64,000 nucleotides of DNA from positions 4,128,001 to 4,192,000 of the forward strand of contig JBKAGP010000001.1 in the NCBI GenBank assembly GCA_046290465.1, read 5' to 3'. Shown here piece after piece: positions 51,504-60,561 of this stretch. Source of the stretch: Planctomycetota bacterium (GTDB taxonomy: Bacteria; Planctomycetota; UBA1135; UBA2386). Position 1 is the stretch's first letter. The number at the start of each line of letters is the position of its first letter. The position numbers and the translations under genes were made by a program. The notes below the pieces were generated by a model. That model was not told the DNA's origin, did no database searches, and was given only the letters and a program-made list of their open reading frames with translations.

Positions 51504-54362
51504 CTGCACGCCGCCTACCTGCACACTCGCCAGCCCGCCGAAGCGCGGATCGCACTGTGGTCCGACGACGGCGTCGAGGCCCTGCGGTCGACGCTGCCCG
51601 CAGAGGTCCTGGCCAACGCGACGCCCGTCGACGCGCAGCTGCTGCTGCCGTCCGAGGAAGCGACGCTGCGGCCGCTGACGGCGATCCCCGACACGGAGAA
51701 CGACGAGGAGCGCAGCCAGTCGCGGATCGCGCCGGCGCTGTGGACGATCCCGGCGCTCGGCGTGCCGCTGGCCGACGCGGTCCCGTGGCTGGCGTCGCTG
51801 GATCCGGCGACCCAGCCGCCCGCGATGCGGCTGTTCGCGGCCGCCAGCCAGCTGGTCGACAAGATGGTGCGCCGCGGCGACTTCGCGCCCGCCCCCGAAG
51901 GCGTGCTCGCGTTCGTGCCGTTCTGGAAGCCGGAGACCCAATGGCTGGTCGCGGCGCTCGCCGACCTGGTGCCGGGCAACCTGTGCACCGCGCGCGTCGC
52001 CGTGCCGGACGACCCGGTCTACGCGGTGACCCAGCGCAACCTGATCGTCAGCTTCATCGGCCACGCGCTCGATCGGCACGCGACCACGCTCGATGCCGCA
52101 GCCGGCCACGAGACCGCCGACCGTCTGCCGCGCGAGTTCTGGCAGACGCCGATGACGCCGGTGCTCGAGATCCTGGTGCCCGACCAGCCGCTCGAAGAAG
52201 GCGCGCCGTGGGGCCTGTCGATCCTGGTCCGCCCGGTGCCGGGCATCGCCTACACCGAGACCATCGAGAGCCTGCACCAGCGCCTGCAGGCGTCGCCGTT
52301 CCGCAACGAGATCGCCGGCGAGAGCGTGCACAAGGTCGAGGACATCCTCGACCGCGTCGCCGACAAGCTGCCCGCCCTGCGCCGCGCGCGCAACCTCAGC
52401 GACGGTCGCGCCAGCCTGACCCGTCAGGAGCTCGACCAGATCCTCGACCACATCCCGCTGCTGGAGACCGAGGGTTTCGAGATCACCCTGCCGGGCATCG
52501 AGTCGATGCAGCGCCTCAGTGCGCGCGTCGCGATCGTCGAGGGCAAGGGCCAGGACAACGACCCGCGGCCGTGGTTCGAGTTCAAGTGGAGCCTCGCGCT
52601 CGGCGACCAGGAGCTCGACCAGTCGCAGTTCGAGCAGCTGGTCGACGCCAAGACGCCGCTGGTGTTCATCGACCGCCGGCCGGTGCTGCTGTCGCCCAAG
52701 GACCGCGAAGCGCTCAAGGACTTCAAGAAGCGCATGCTCGACGGCGGCGAGCGCATCAGCTTCTTCGAAGCGCTGCGTCTGCGCCTCGGCGGTGCCTCGC
52801 ACCTGCACGGCCTGGCGATGGAGTCGATCGCCAGCACGCCGAGACTCGAGCACCTGCTGCAGAACCTCGAACGGGCCCGCGCCGTCGAGGACCGCGTGGT
52901 GCCGGTCGAGTTCCACGGCGAACTGCGTCCCTACCAGGGCCGCGGCCACGCGTGGATGCACTTCCTCGTCGACCAGGGCTTCGGCGCGTGCCTCGCCGAC
53001 GACATGGGTCTCGGCAAGACGATCCAGGCGATCACGGTGATGCTGGACTGGCGCAAGCAGCGCAACAGCAAGACCGCGATCCTGATCGTCTGCCCGGTCT
53101 CGGTGCTCGGCAACTGGCGTCGCGAGCTGCTCAAGTTCGCGCCGTCGCTGCGGGTCTCGCTGCACCACGGCAAGGGCCGCGCCAACACGCCCGAGTCGTT
53201 CACCGCAGTCGTCACCGAGCACGACATCGTGCTGACCAGCTACAACCTGCTGCAGCGCGACGAGGAGCTGATGCAGGAGGTCACGTTCGACGGCGTGGTG
53301 CTCGACGAGGCGCAGAACATCAAGAACCCGACCACGCGGCAGTCGCGCGTCGCGCGCACGCTCAAGGGTCACTTCCGGCTGGCGCTTACCGGCACGCCGC
53401 TCGAGAACCGGCCGCTCGACCTGTGGTCGATCATGGACTTCCTCAACGAGGGCCTGCTCGGTTCGCGCACGCAGTTCACGCAGACGCTCGAGCACCCGAT
53501 CGTCAAGCAGCGCCGCCAGGGGTCGATGTCGGCGCTGGCGCGGCTGGTGCGGCCGTTCGTGCTTCGCCGCCTCAAGACCGACCCGGAGATCGTCGCCGAC
53601 CTGCCGGAGAAGACCGAGCAGATCGTCACCGCGACGCTCAGCCGCGAGCAGGCGATCCTCTACGAGTCCGTCGTGCGCAAGGGCCTGCAGGAGGTCGAGA
53701 AGGCCGGCGAAGGCATCCAGCGCCGCGGCGCGATCCTGACCACGCTGCTGCGCCTCAAGCAGGTCTGCAACCACCCGGCGCACTACCTGATGGACGGCAG
53801 CTCGCTGCCGAGCCGTTCGGGCAAGCTCGACTACCTGTCGCAGATGATCGAGGAGGCCGTCGAAGAGGGCGACCGTTCGCTGATCTTCACGCAGTTCAAG
53901 GAGATGGGGTCGATCCTCAAGACCCACTTCGAGAACCTCTACGGCCAGACGGTCCTGTTCCTGCACGGCGGCATCCCGCAGAAGGAGCGCGACAAGATGG
54001 TGACCGACTTCCAGGAGGCGCGTCCGGAAGGTCCGAAGCTGTTCGTGCTGTCGCTCAAGGCGGGCGGCACCGGCCTCAACCTGACCGCGGCCAACCGCGT
54101 GTTCCACTTCGACCGCTGGTGGAACCCGGCGGTCGAGGACCAGGCGACCGACCGTGCGTTCCGCATCGGCCAGCAGCGCAACGTGTTCGTGCACAAGTTC
54201 GTCTGCAGCGGCACGCTCGAGGAGCGCATCCAGCAGATGCTCGATCGCAAGCGCGAGGTCGCCGACGGCCTGCTCGCCGCCGGCGAGAACTGGATCACCG
54301 AGCTCAGCAACGACGACCTCAAGCGTCTGCTGACGCTCGATCGCAAGGAGGCCCTGGCGTGA
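51504..54362 (+). CDS. SNF2-family helicase/ATPase with a DUF3670-like N-terminal region; start uncertain
   Basis: LRPYQ, LADDMGLGKT, DEAQ, LTGTP.EN, SGK, SLKAGGTGLNL, WWNPAVE.QATDRAFRIGQ. Coding-like frame extends to about 51504 (CTG); first canonical start is GTG 51762. Confidence 0.9.
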   Translation: MHAAYLHTRQPAEARIALWSDDGVEALRSTLPAEVLANATPVDAQLLLPSEEATLRPLTAIPDTENDEERSQSRIAPALWTIPALGVPLADAVPWLASLDPATQPPAMRLFAAASQLVDKMVRRGDFAPAPEGVLAFVPFWKPETQWLVAALADLVPGNLCTARVAVPDDPVYAVTQRNLIVSFIGHALDRHATTLDAAAGHETADRLPREFWQTPMTPVLEILVPDQPLEEGAPWGLSILVRPVPGIAYTETIESLHQRLQASPFRNEIAGESVHKVEDILDRVADKLPALRRARNLSDGRASLTRQELDQILDHIPLLETEGFEITLPGIESMQRLSARVAIVEGKGQDNDPRPWFEFKWSLALGDQELDQSQFEQLVDAKTPLVFIDRRPVLLSPKDREALKDFKKRMLDGGERISFFEALRLRLGGASHLHGLAMESIASTPRLEHLLQNLERARAVEDRVVPVEFHGELRPYQGRGHAWMHFLVDQGFGACLADDMGLGKTIQAITVMLDWRKQRNSKTAILIVCPVSVLGNWRRELLKFAPSLRVSLHHGKGRANTPESFTAVVTEHDIVLTSYNLLQRDEELMQEVTFDGVVLDEAQNIKNPTTRQSRVARTLKGHFRLALTGTPLENRPLDLWSIMDFLNEGLLGSRTQFTQTLEHPIVKQRRQGSMSALARLVRPFVLRRLKTDPEIVADLPEKTEQIVTATLSREQAILYESVVRKGLQEVEKAGEGIQRRGAILTTLLRLKQVCNHPAHYLMDGSSLPSRSGKLDYLSQMIEEAVEEGDRSLIFTQFKEMGSILKTHFENLYGQTVLFLHGGIPQKERDKMVTDFQEARPEGPKLFVLSLKAGGTGLNLTAANRVFHFDRWWNPAVEDQATDRAFRIGQQRNVFVHKFVCSGTLEERIQQMLDRKREVADGLLAAGENWITELSNDDLKRLLTLDRKEALA

Positions 54363-55069
54363 GCAGCACCGGCGAACGCAAGTCCGTCTCGCTCGGCGAG
54401 CGCTGGCGCCGCGAGGCGACCCGCGACATCGACGACCAGCGGCTGGCCGCGGCGCTCGAGGCGCTGCCGAGCATCCGCAAGCCGATGGTCCGGATCCGCG
54501 CCGGCGGCATCAACGCCGAGATGGAAGGCGCGATGGGCTCGATCCACGAGGTCAGCCTGCAGATCCGCACGCTGCCGATGAAGGACTGGCCGACGCTGAT
54601 CCGCGTGCTGCGTCGCAGCAAGTCGATCATCGAGGCGCTCAGCCAGGCGCGCGTGCCGCGTTCGTTCGACCGCCTGGTCGCGCGCATCATCGGCGAGCCG
54701 CTGTTCCCGGACGCGCGTAGCGTCACCTACGGGTGTTCGTGCGACCTCCAGGAGGAGCCGTGCCGCCACGTGCTCGCGCTGCACGAGCTGTTCGCGCGGC
54801 GTCTCGACGAGAAGCCGTGGGAGCTGTTGATGCTGCGCGGCGTCGACCTCCACGACACCCTGACCAAGGTCAAGCAGACCGAGCCCGACGCCGACCTGCC
54901 GCCGCTCGCCTACGGTGTTCCCGAGGAGCCGGTGCTCTACCCGGACGCCGAGGACGCCGACCTCGACCAGAGCCTCGGCATGCCGGCCCTGCGCTGGCTC
55001 ATCGGCGACGTCTCCCCCCGAGCCGTCGACGCCGCCCTCCAAGCCCTCGCCGCCCTCCCCGAAAAGTAG
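54359..55069 (+). CDS. SWIM zinc-finger protein, partner of the SNF2 ATPase
   Basis: LFP....CSCD....CRH..A......LDEKPW.L..LRG; GTGA overlap. Confidence 0.85.
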   Translation: MSSTGERKSVSLGERWRREATRDIDDQRLAAALEALPSIRKPMVRIRAGGINAEMEGAMGSIHEVSLQIRTLPMKDWPTLIRVLRRSKSIIEALSQARVPRSFDRLVARIIGEPLFPDARSVTYGCSCDLQEEPCRHVLALHELFARRLDEKPWELLMLRGVDLHDTLTKVKQTEPDADLPPLAYGVPEEPVLYPDAEDADLDQSLGMPALRWLIGDVSPRAVDAALQALAALPEK

Positions 55070-55379
55070 CCGTACGGTACGCGGTTCATCCTCCAACTTT
55101 CGAAGCGGAGGAGGGACCCGACGAAGCGACCCGACGCCACCGCGCGTCTCCGCTCCCGCCTTCGGCTGCTCCTCCCGGGAACGCGCGAACCGTCGCGTTC
55201 CGCGGCTCGATGCCAGCCGCCCGAGGCCCGCCGCCCGCGGCTCCAGGTCCGCCGCTCAAGGCCCGAGGCCCACGAAGGTTGCAGGATGAACCGCGTACCG
55301 TACGGCAACTCACGGCGTAGCGCGTCGTTCGCGGGTGCCCTCCGAAAGTTGGAGGTCGAACCGCGTACCGTACGGCAAA
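55062..55379. repeat. REP-like repeat cluster 2: three copies (forward, reverse, reverse)
   Basis: Same 32-bp core at 55066-55097 (+), 55278-55309 (-) and 55348-55379 (-). Confidence 0.9.
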
Positions 55380-55505
55380 TCAGTCGGTGAGGATGGTGAG
55401 GAGGACCTCGAGGACGTCGGGGTGGAGCGTCGTGGCCGGGCGCGCGAACGGGTCGATCGCGCCCCAGGGGTCGATCTCACAGTCGGCGTCGGGGAGCAGG
55501 AGCAT
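55380..55505 (-). CDS. Small protein (41 aa) MLLLPDADCEIDPWGAIDPFARPATTLHPDVLEVLLTILTD
   Basis: 40 of 41 codons end in G/C; lies in otherwise intergenic space; no clear RBS. Confidence 0.55.
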   Translation of the reverse strand: MLLLPDADCEIDPWGAIDPFARPATTLHPDVLEVLLTILTD

Positions 55506-55711
55506 GGCGGGGGCTTGGAGCAATCGTCGTGCCACCGGGATTCGCCACGATCCGCCCGGGGGATCCCCGGAGAACGGTCGGCGGGTGACACCATCCCGAC
55601 AAGGCGCTGTCGGGGCACCGGCGTCACGAGCTTTTTCTCGCCACGGATCTGGCGGATCGGGCCGCGGCTTCCCCTCAGGGGGACGTGATCCCAAACTGTC
55701 AGACCTGTGCC

Positions 55712-56320
55712 GTGAGCGAGCCGACCGAAAGCCCCACGCTGGCGCGACTTCGCGCCGCCAAGTCCGGTGATCTGGACGCCTACGACGAGCTGTTCGCCAA
55801 CACCGTCGACCGGCTGCAGCTGTTCTTGCGGGTGCGGCTCGGCCAGGGTCTGCGCCTCGCCGAGGAGTCGGCCGACCTGCTGCAGGAGACCTACCTCGCC
55901 GCGCACCAGGCGTTCGCCAACTTCGAGATCCCGGCGACCGGCGACCCAGAACGCGCGTTCTTCGGCTGGCTCTGCACCATCGCCGAGAACTGCATCCGCC
56001 GCCGCGCCGACCACCACGGCGCGCAGAAGCGTCGCCCCAAGGGCAAGCTGCAGCGCATCAGCCGGATCATGGAGGGCGTCTCGGCGGGCTCGCTCGGCCC
56101 CGCCACCCGCGCCGAACGCCTCGACCAACGCCATCGCCTCGCGCAGGCGATGCTGCAGCTCGAAGACGGTCCGCGCCAGCTACTCGTGCTGCACCACTTC
56201 GAGAACCTGAGCGGCGCCGAGATCGCGCGCCGCACCCAGCGCAGCGAGAGCTCGGTGCGCCGCGACCTCGCCGCAGCCGTCCGCCAGCTCGGCGCCGCGC
56301 TGAAGGAGGTCGACGCGTGA
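55712..56320 (+). CDS. ECF sigma factor (kinase-associated, planctomycete-type)
   Basis: GDLDAYDELF, DLLQET, FFGWLCTIAEN, LS..EIARR; GTGA overlap with the kinase. Alternative start 55685. Confidence 0.9.
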   Translation: MSEPTESPTLARLRAAKSGDLDAYDELFANTVDRLQLFLRVRLGQGLRLAEESADLLQETYLAAHQAFANFEIPATGDPERAFFGWLCTIAENCIRRRADHHGAQKRRPKGKLQRISRIMEGVSAGSLGPATRAERLDQRHRLAQAMLQLEDGPRQLLVLHHFENLSGAEIARRTQRSESSVRRDLAAAVRQLGAALKEVDA

Positions 56321-58677
56321 GCACTCCGATCGAAGACGTCGTCGACGCGATCCGGGGGCAGCTGCTGCCCGAGCCCCCCGGCCCCGACGACTCGAAGCAC
56401 CTCGCCGCCCGCCTCGACGCCGACCCCGCCGTCGTCGCCGACTGCGTGCGCGGCCTGCGCGCGCTGCAGTTCGCGCTCGACGAGGACGAACAGCGCGCCG
56501 GCGCCGACGACCTCGCGCCGCCAAAGCTGCCCGACGACTACGAGGTGCGCGACGAACTCGGCCGCGGCGGCATGGGCGTCGTCTACCGCGCCTGGCAGAC
56601 GTCGCTGCAGCGCGAACTGGCCGTCAAGGTCCTGCGACCCGGCGAGCTGGTGTTCGGCGCCGCGATGAACCGCTTCCGTCGCGAGGCGCAGCGGCTCGCC
56701 AACCTGCGCCACCCGCACATCGTCTCGGTGCACGAGGTCGGCGAGGCCGACGGCCACGTCTACTTCACGATGGACCTCGTCGACGGCGGCACCATGCGCG
56801 AACTGCTGCAGCGCCGCCGCATGAACGTCACCCAGTCCGTGCGCCTGATGCTGCAGGTCTGCGAGGCGATCTCGTACGCACACGGCCAGGGCGTCGTGCA
56901 CCGCGACCTCAAGCCGGCCAACATCCTGATCGCCGAGAAGGAGGCCGGCCAGCTCGACGCGTTCGTGGTCGACTTCGGCCTGGCGCGCGACCTCAACACC
57001 GCCGGCGGCTACACGCTGACCGGCCAGGTGATCGGTACACCCGGCTACATGAGCCCCGAACAGGCGCTCGGCCAGACCGACCGCATCGGCGAACGCAGCG
57101 ACGTCTACGCGCTCGGCGTGATGCTCTACGAGTGCCTGACGCGCAAGGCGCCGTTCGCCGACCGCGCGCTGGTGCACACGCTGCAGGCCATCGTCGACGA
57201 ACAGCCGCAGCCCGCGCACGAGGCCAACCGCAACGTCCCGATCGAGCTCAGCGTCATCTGCCAGAAGGCGATGGCCAAGAAGCCGACGCAGCGGTTCGCG
57301 ACCGTGCAGGCGATGATCGAAGAACTGCGCCGCTTCACGTCGGGCGAGCCGATCCGGACGCCGCGGCCGACCGCGCTCGGCAACGCCGGCCAGTTCGTGC
57401 GACGCCACGCGCGCAAGGTGCTGTGGACCGTGCCGCTGCTGCTCGTGTGGGCGTGGCTGCAGAGCAACCACCACGCCGAACGCAACGCGCTGATCGCGCA
57501 GGGCAATGCGCTGTTCGAGCAGGGCAACTACACCGGCGCCGCGGCGTGCTTCGACAAGGGCACGTCGTTCGGCCACGAACTTCCCGACGACCCGCTGACC
57601 TGCATCCGCTACGCGTCGTCGCTGACCCAGGTCGCCGGCCAGCGCTACACCCGCCGGTTCGACATCAACGACGGCTACGACCAGATGCTGCACGCGAGCC
57701 TGCGGGCCGCGCGCGTCGTGCAACGATGGGCGGCGCCGTTCGTCGACGGCGATCGGGTCGACACCGTCATCCCCGCCGAACCGTCGCTGGAGCAACGCGC
57801 GCTGATCGAATGGGTGCGTGCCAAGGCGTGGACCAGCTCGGTCGTGCTCACCCAACCCCAACACAGCGACGCCTGGCTGTGGCCCGATCCGCAGGGCGTG
57901 CGCCACGCGAGCTGGCCGCTGCTGTTCCGACAGCACGCGATGAACCCGGTGCTGCACCAGAACCCCGAACTGGCGCGCGGCCTGGTGCTCGAAGCGTTTG
58001 CCAAGGCCGAGTGGGGCAACGATGCGTATCAAGACCTCGAGAAGCGCGCGCGGTGGCCGGTGCCGATGTTCTCGACCACCGATCGCGCGTTCGAACAGCA
58101 GCTCGTCGACTACGTGCGCACCGAGTCGCCGCTCGGCCGCACTGCGTCGCTGCTGCTGCAGCGTGCTTCGTGCGTGCCGCTGGTCGGCCTCGAGGTCCGC
58201 CGCGACTTCAAGAACATGCGCCGCTGGCTCGACGCCCACGCCGACCGCTGGGAACGCCTCGATCGCATGGACCCGCTCGAGCGCCGGGTCGCGCTCGTGC
58301 AGTTGCTCGCCGACTACCAGGAGGCGCCGCCGCGCGGCTCGCCATACCTGAGCAACCGCCTGAAGCGGTTCTTCCACGACGCGACCGGCAAGGAGCTGGT
58401 CCCGCGCGTCGGTGGTCCGGATCCGATGCCCGCGGGCGACGACCCGCGCGTCTGGATCCTCGACGCCGTCGGCTGGCAGGTGCATCCGGACTCGCTCGAC
58501 CCCCGCCAGACGCTGCGCCAGTGGCGGCGCGAGCGCGAACGGATCGCCGCCGGTCAGCAGGACCGCGGCCGCGACGGCCACTACGCGTCGCTGCTCGACC
58601 TGCTGGTGCCGCGCGACGTCACCCGGCCGCTCGCCGCCGACATCGACGCGTGGGCCGCGGTGATCGCGTCGCTGTAG
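56317..58677 (+). CDS. Hanks-type Ser/Thr protein kinase with TM segment and C-terminal sensor-like region
   Basis: LGRGGMGVVY, AVK, HRDLKPANIL, DFG, GTPGYMSPEQ, SDVYALG. Confidence 0.95.
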   Translation: MSTPIEDVVDAIRGQLLPEPPGPDDSKHLAARLDADPAVVADCVRGLRALQFALDEDEQRAGADDLAPPKLPDDYEVRDELGRGGMGVVYRAWQTSLQRELAVKVLRPGELVFGAAMNRFRREAQRLANLRHPHIVSVHEVGEADGHVYFTMDLVDGGTMRELLQRRRMNVTQSVRLMLQVCEAISYAHGQGVVHRDLKPANILIAEKEAGQLDAFVVDFGLARDLNTAGGYTLTGQVIGTPGYMSPEQALGQTDRIGERSDVYALGVMLYECLTRKAPFADRALVHTLQAIVDEQPQPAHEANRNVPIELSVICQKAMAKKPTQRFATVQAMIEELRRFTSGEPIRTPRPTALGNAGQFVRRHARKVLWTVPLLLVWAWLQSNHHAERNALIAQGNALFEQGNYTGAAACFDKGTSFGHELPDDPLTCIRYASSLTQVAGQRYTRRFDINDGYDQMLHASLRAARVVQRWAAPFVDGDRVDTVIPAEPSLEQRALIEWVRAKAWTSSVVLTQPQHSDAWLWPDPQGVRHASWPLLFRQHAMNPVLHQNPELARGLVLEAFAKAEWGNDAYQDLEKRARWPVPMFSTTDRAFEQQLVDYVRTESPLGRTASLLLQRASCVPLVGLEVRRDFKNMRRWLDAHADRWERLDRMDPLERRVALVQLLADYQEAPPRGSPYLSNRLKRFFHDATGKELVPRVGGPDPMPAGDDPRVWILDAVGWQVHPDSLDPRQTLRQWRRERERIAAGQQDRGRDGHYASLLDLLVPRDVTRPLAADIDAWAAVIASL

Positions 58678-58816
58678 GCCGGCCCCGCGAATCGGACCGA
58701 GCACGTGGTCCGTACAGAGAACGAGAAGGCTGCGCCCGGCGGTCGTTCCAAAGAGGTCGAGAAGGTGTTCCGGCGCAGCCTTCTCACCTCCAACTACGCC
58801 GGCAGGTCGTCGATGT

Positions 58817-58852
58817 TGCGAAACGGCGCGAAGTTTTCGCAGCCGTTTCGCA
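58817..58852. terminator. Hairpin between convergent kinase and rtcB genes
   Basis: TGCGAAACGGC...GCCGTTTCGCA with inner GCGAA/TTCGC; no clear U-tract. Confidence 0.4.
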
Positions 58853-58940
58853 GCCGTTTCCCAGGTGTTCCATGGGGGCCGAACCCGACGGCCCGACGCG
58901 CGGTCAGGCCCCGCGAACGAAGCGCCGGTTCCGCGCGTGT

Positions 58941-60026
58941 TCAGCCGCCCTTGTAAGACAGCACCGGTGCCAGGGTGCGCACGATGCGCACCAGCTCCCG
59001 CTGCGCACGCATCACCTTGCCGATGTCCCGGTAGGCCCGAGGCGCCTCGTCGCAGAGCCTGCGCGCCAGCGATCGGTCGAAGGCGACGCCGTGCAGCTGC
59101 CGTTCGAGCTGCTGCGGCGAGATCCGGCGCATCGCCTCCCCACGCGGCAGGCGACGCCCCGCCCCGTGCGAGCTGGACCGCAACGCCGCCGCGCAGCCGC
59201 GACCTTCGACGTGGAACGTCGCGGTGCCCATCGAACCCGGGATGATGCCGCGCTCGCCTGCGTCGGCCGAGCATGCGCCCTTGCGATGGACCATCAGGGA
59301 CTCCCCGTCGTGCACTTCGTGACGCACGAAGTTGTGGGTCACGTCGAACCAGGTCGACCAGTAGAGCTCGACGCCGAACCGCTCGCGCAACCGCTGCTCG
59401 ACGGCCACCGCCATCGCCCGCCGGCTCGCCTGCGCAAATCCGACCGCGAGGTCGTGGTCGCGCAGGTAGCCTGCGGCCTCGCCACCGCGCAGGTCGACCA
59501 GCCCGCGCCGGCCGCGCAGATGGTGGTCCCGGATCGCCGGCCCCAGCGCTCGCGAACCGCTGTGCACCGCCAGCCACAGCTCGCCGCATTCGTCGGCCTG
59601 CAGCTCGACGAAGTGGTTGCCACGCCCGAGCGTCGCAAACTGCACCCGCGCATCGCGCACGACCCGGCGCCGCAAGCCGGCGTCGAGCCGTTCTACGTCC
59701 GGCGCATCGCGCGCCCGGGCATGGCGCACGATCGGCACGGCGTGCTTCAGGTCTCCGAGTACCGCCTCGGCAGCCGGAGCGTCCAGCAGGCCGACGTCCG
59801 CACCGATGCGGGCCGTCGCCATGCCGCAGCCGATGTCGCCACCGACCGCCTGCGGGTAGACGATGGCATCGGTCGCGAGCACGGTGCCGACGCAGACGTC
59901 GCGCGACAGGTGCACGTCGGGCATGACCGCAACGCGCCGCACGCCCGGCGCCTCGGCCAGACGTTGCAGCGCGCGCTCGACCTGACGATCGAGCGGCTCG
60001 CTGAGCCAGCTGCGGATCTCGGTCAT
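58941..60026 (-). CDS. rtcB: RtcB-family RNA 2',3'-cyclic-phosphate/5'-OH ligase (compact, 361 aa)
   Basis: MPDVH, GGDIGCG, LGRGNHF.E, HSGSR, THN, HRKGA, PGSMG, SHGAGR, DEAP.AY; strong GGAGGTG RBS. Confidence 0.95.
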   Translation of the reverse strand: MTEIRSWLSEPLDRQVERALQRLAEAPGVRRVAVMPDVHLSRDVCVGTVLATDAIVYPQAVGGDIGCGMATARIGADVGLLDAPAAEAVLGDLKHAVPIVRHARARDAPDVERLDAGLRRRVVRDARVQFATLGRGNHFVELQADECGELWLAVHSGSRALGPAIRDHHLRGRRGLVDLRGGEAAGYLRDHDLAVGFAQASRRAMAVAVEQRLRERFGVELYWSTWFDVTHNFVRHEVHDGESLMVHRKGACSADAGERGIIPGSMGTATFHVEGRGCAAALRSSSHGAGRRLPRGEAMRRISPQQLERQLHGVAFDRSLARRLCDEAPRAYRDIGKVMRAQRELVRIVRTLAPVLSYKGG

Positions 60027-60367
60027 GCGTCACCTCCCTCGGGAACGATCGTGAACGACAGTTGCGGCGCCTTGCCGCGGTGGATCTCCGCGGCGACGGC
60101 ACTTCGCAAGAACCCACGGGCCCGGTCGAGCGCGTCGAGCGCAGCGACCAGTCCGTGACGACAAGGGTCGACGAATCCGACCAGCAGGTGGCGATCGCCA
60201 CCGATGGCCTCGACGAACTCGACCCGCAGGTCGAGCAGCAACGGATCCGACGTCTCGCCCAGCGCGAACGCCAACGCGTCCTTCACCTGGGCACACAGTT
60301 GGAGGGTCTTCTGTACGGACCGCCCCCCGCGGTCATGAGCATCTGGCATCTGCAAGTCGGGACGCAC
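60023..60367 (-). CDS. RbfA-like (ribosome-binding factor A paralog) protein
   Basis: KTLQLCAQV..AL, DP.L.DLRV..V, L.RARGFLRSAVA..IHR.KAPQLSF (cf. RbfA GFLR...R..PEL.F); ATGA overlap with rtcB. Start uncertain. Confidence 0.75.
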   Translation of the reverse strand: MRPDLQMPDAHDRGGRSVQKTLQLCAQVKDALAFALGETSDPLLLDLRVEFVEAIGGDRHLLVGFVDPCRHGLVAALDALDRARGFLRSAVAAEIHRGKAPQLSFTIVPEGGDA

Positions 60368-60414
60368 CGGTAGCGCGTCGAACAGGGTCCGGGATAGCGA
60401 ACGGGTCGACTTCA

Positions 60415-60500
60415 GCCCCGGCAGGCGCGCGGACTCAGATCAGTCCAGCGCAGACCGGGGCGCGTACACAGCTGTGCAGATGCTTCGCATGGTTGGCTCC
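60415..60500 (-). promoter_or_regulatory. Putative leader peptide (MRSICTAVYAPRSALD*, 60490-60440) and overlapping hairpin
   Basis: GGAG RBS before ATG 60490; stem GCCCCGG/CCGGGGC, GCGC/GCGC, GGACU/AGUCC with the UGA at the loop. Confidence 0.5.
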
Positions 60501-60561
60501 AGTGGGGTGGGGACGGTAGCCCGCCTTTTCCGATGCGCAACCCCCTCGCTACGATGGCCGC

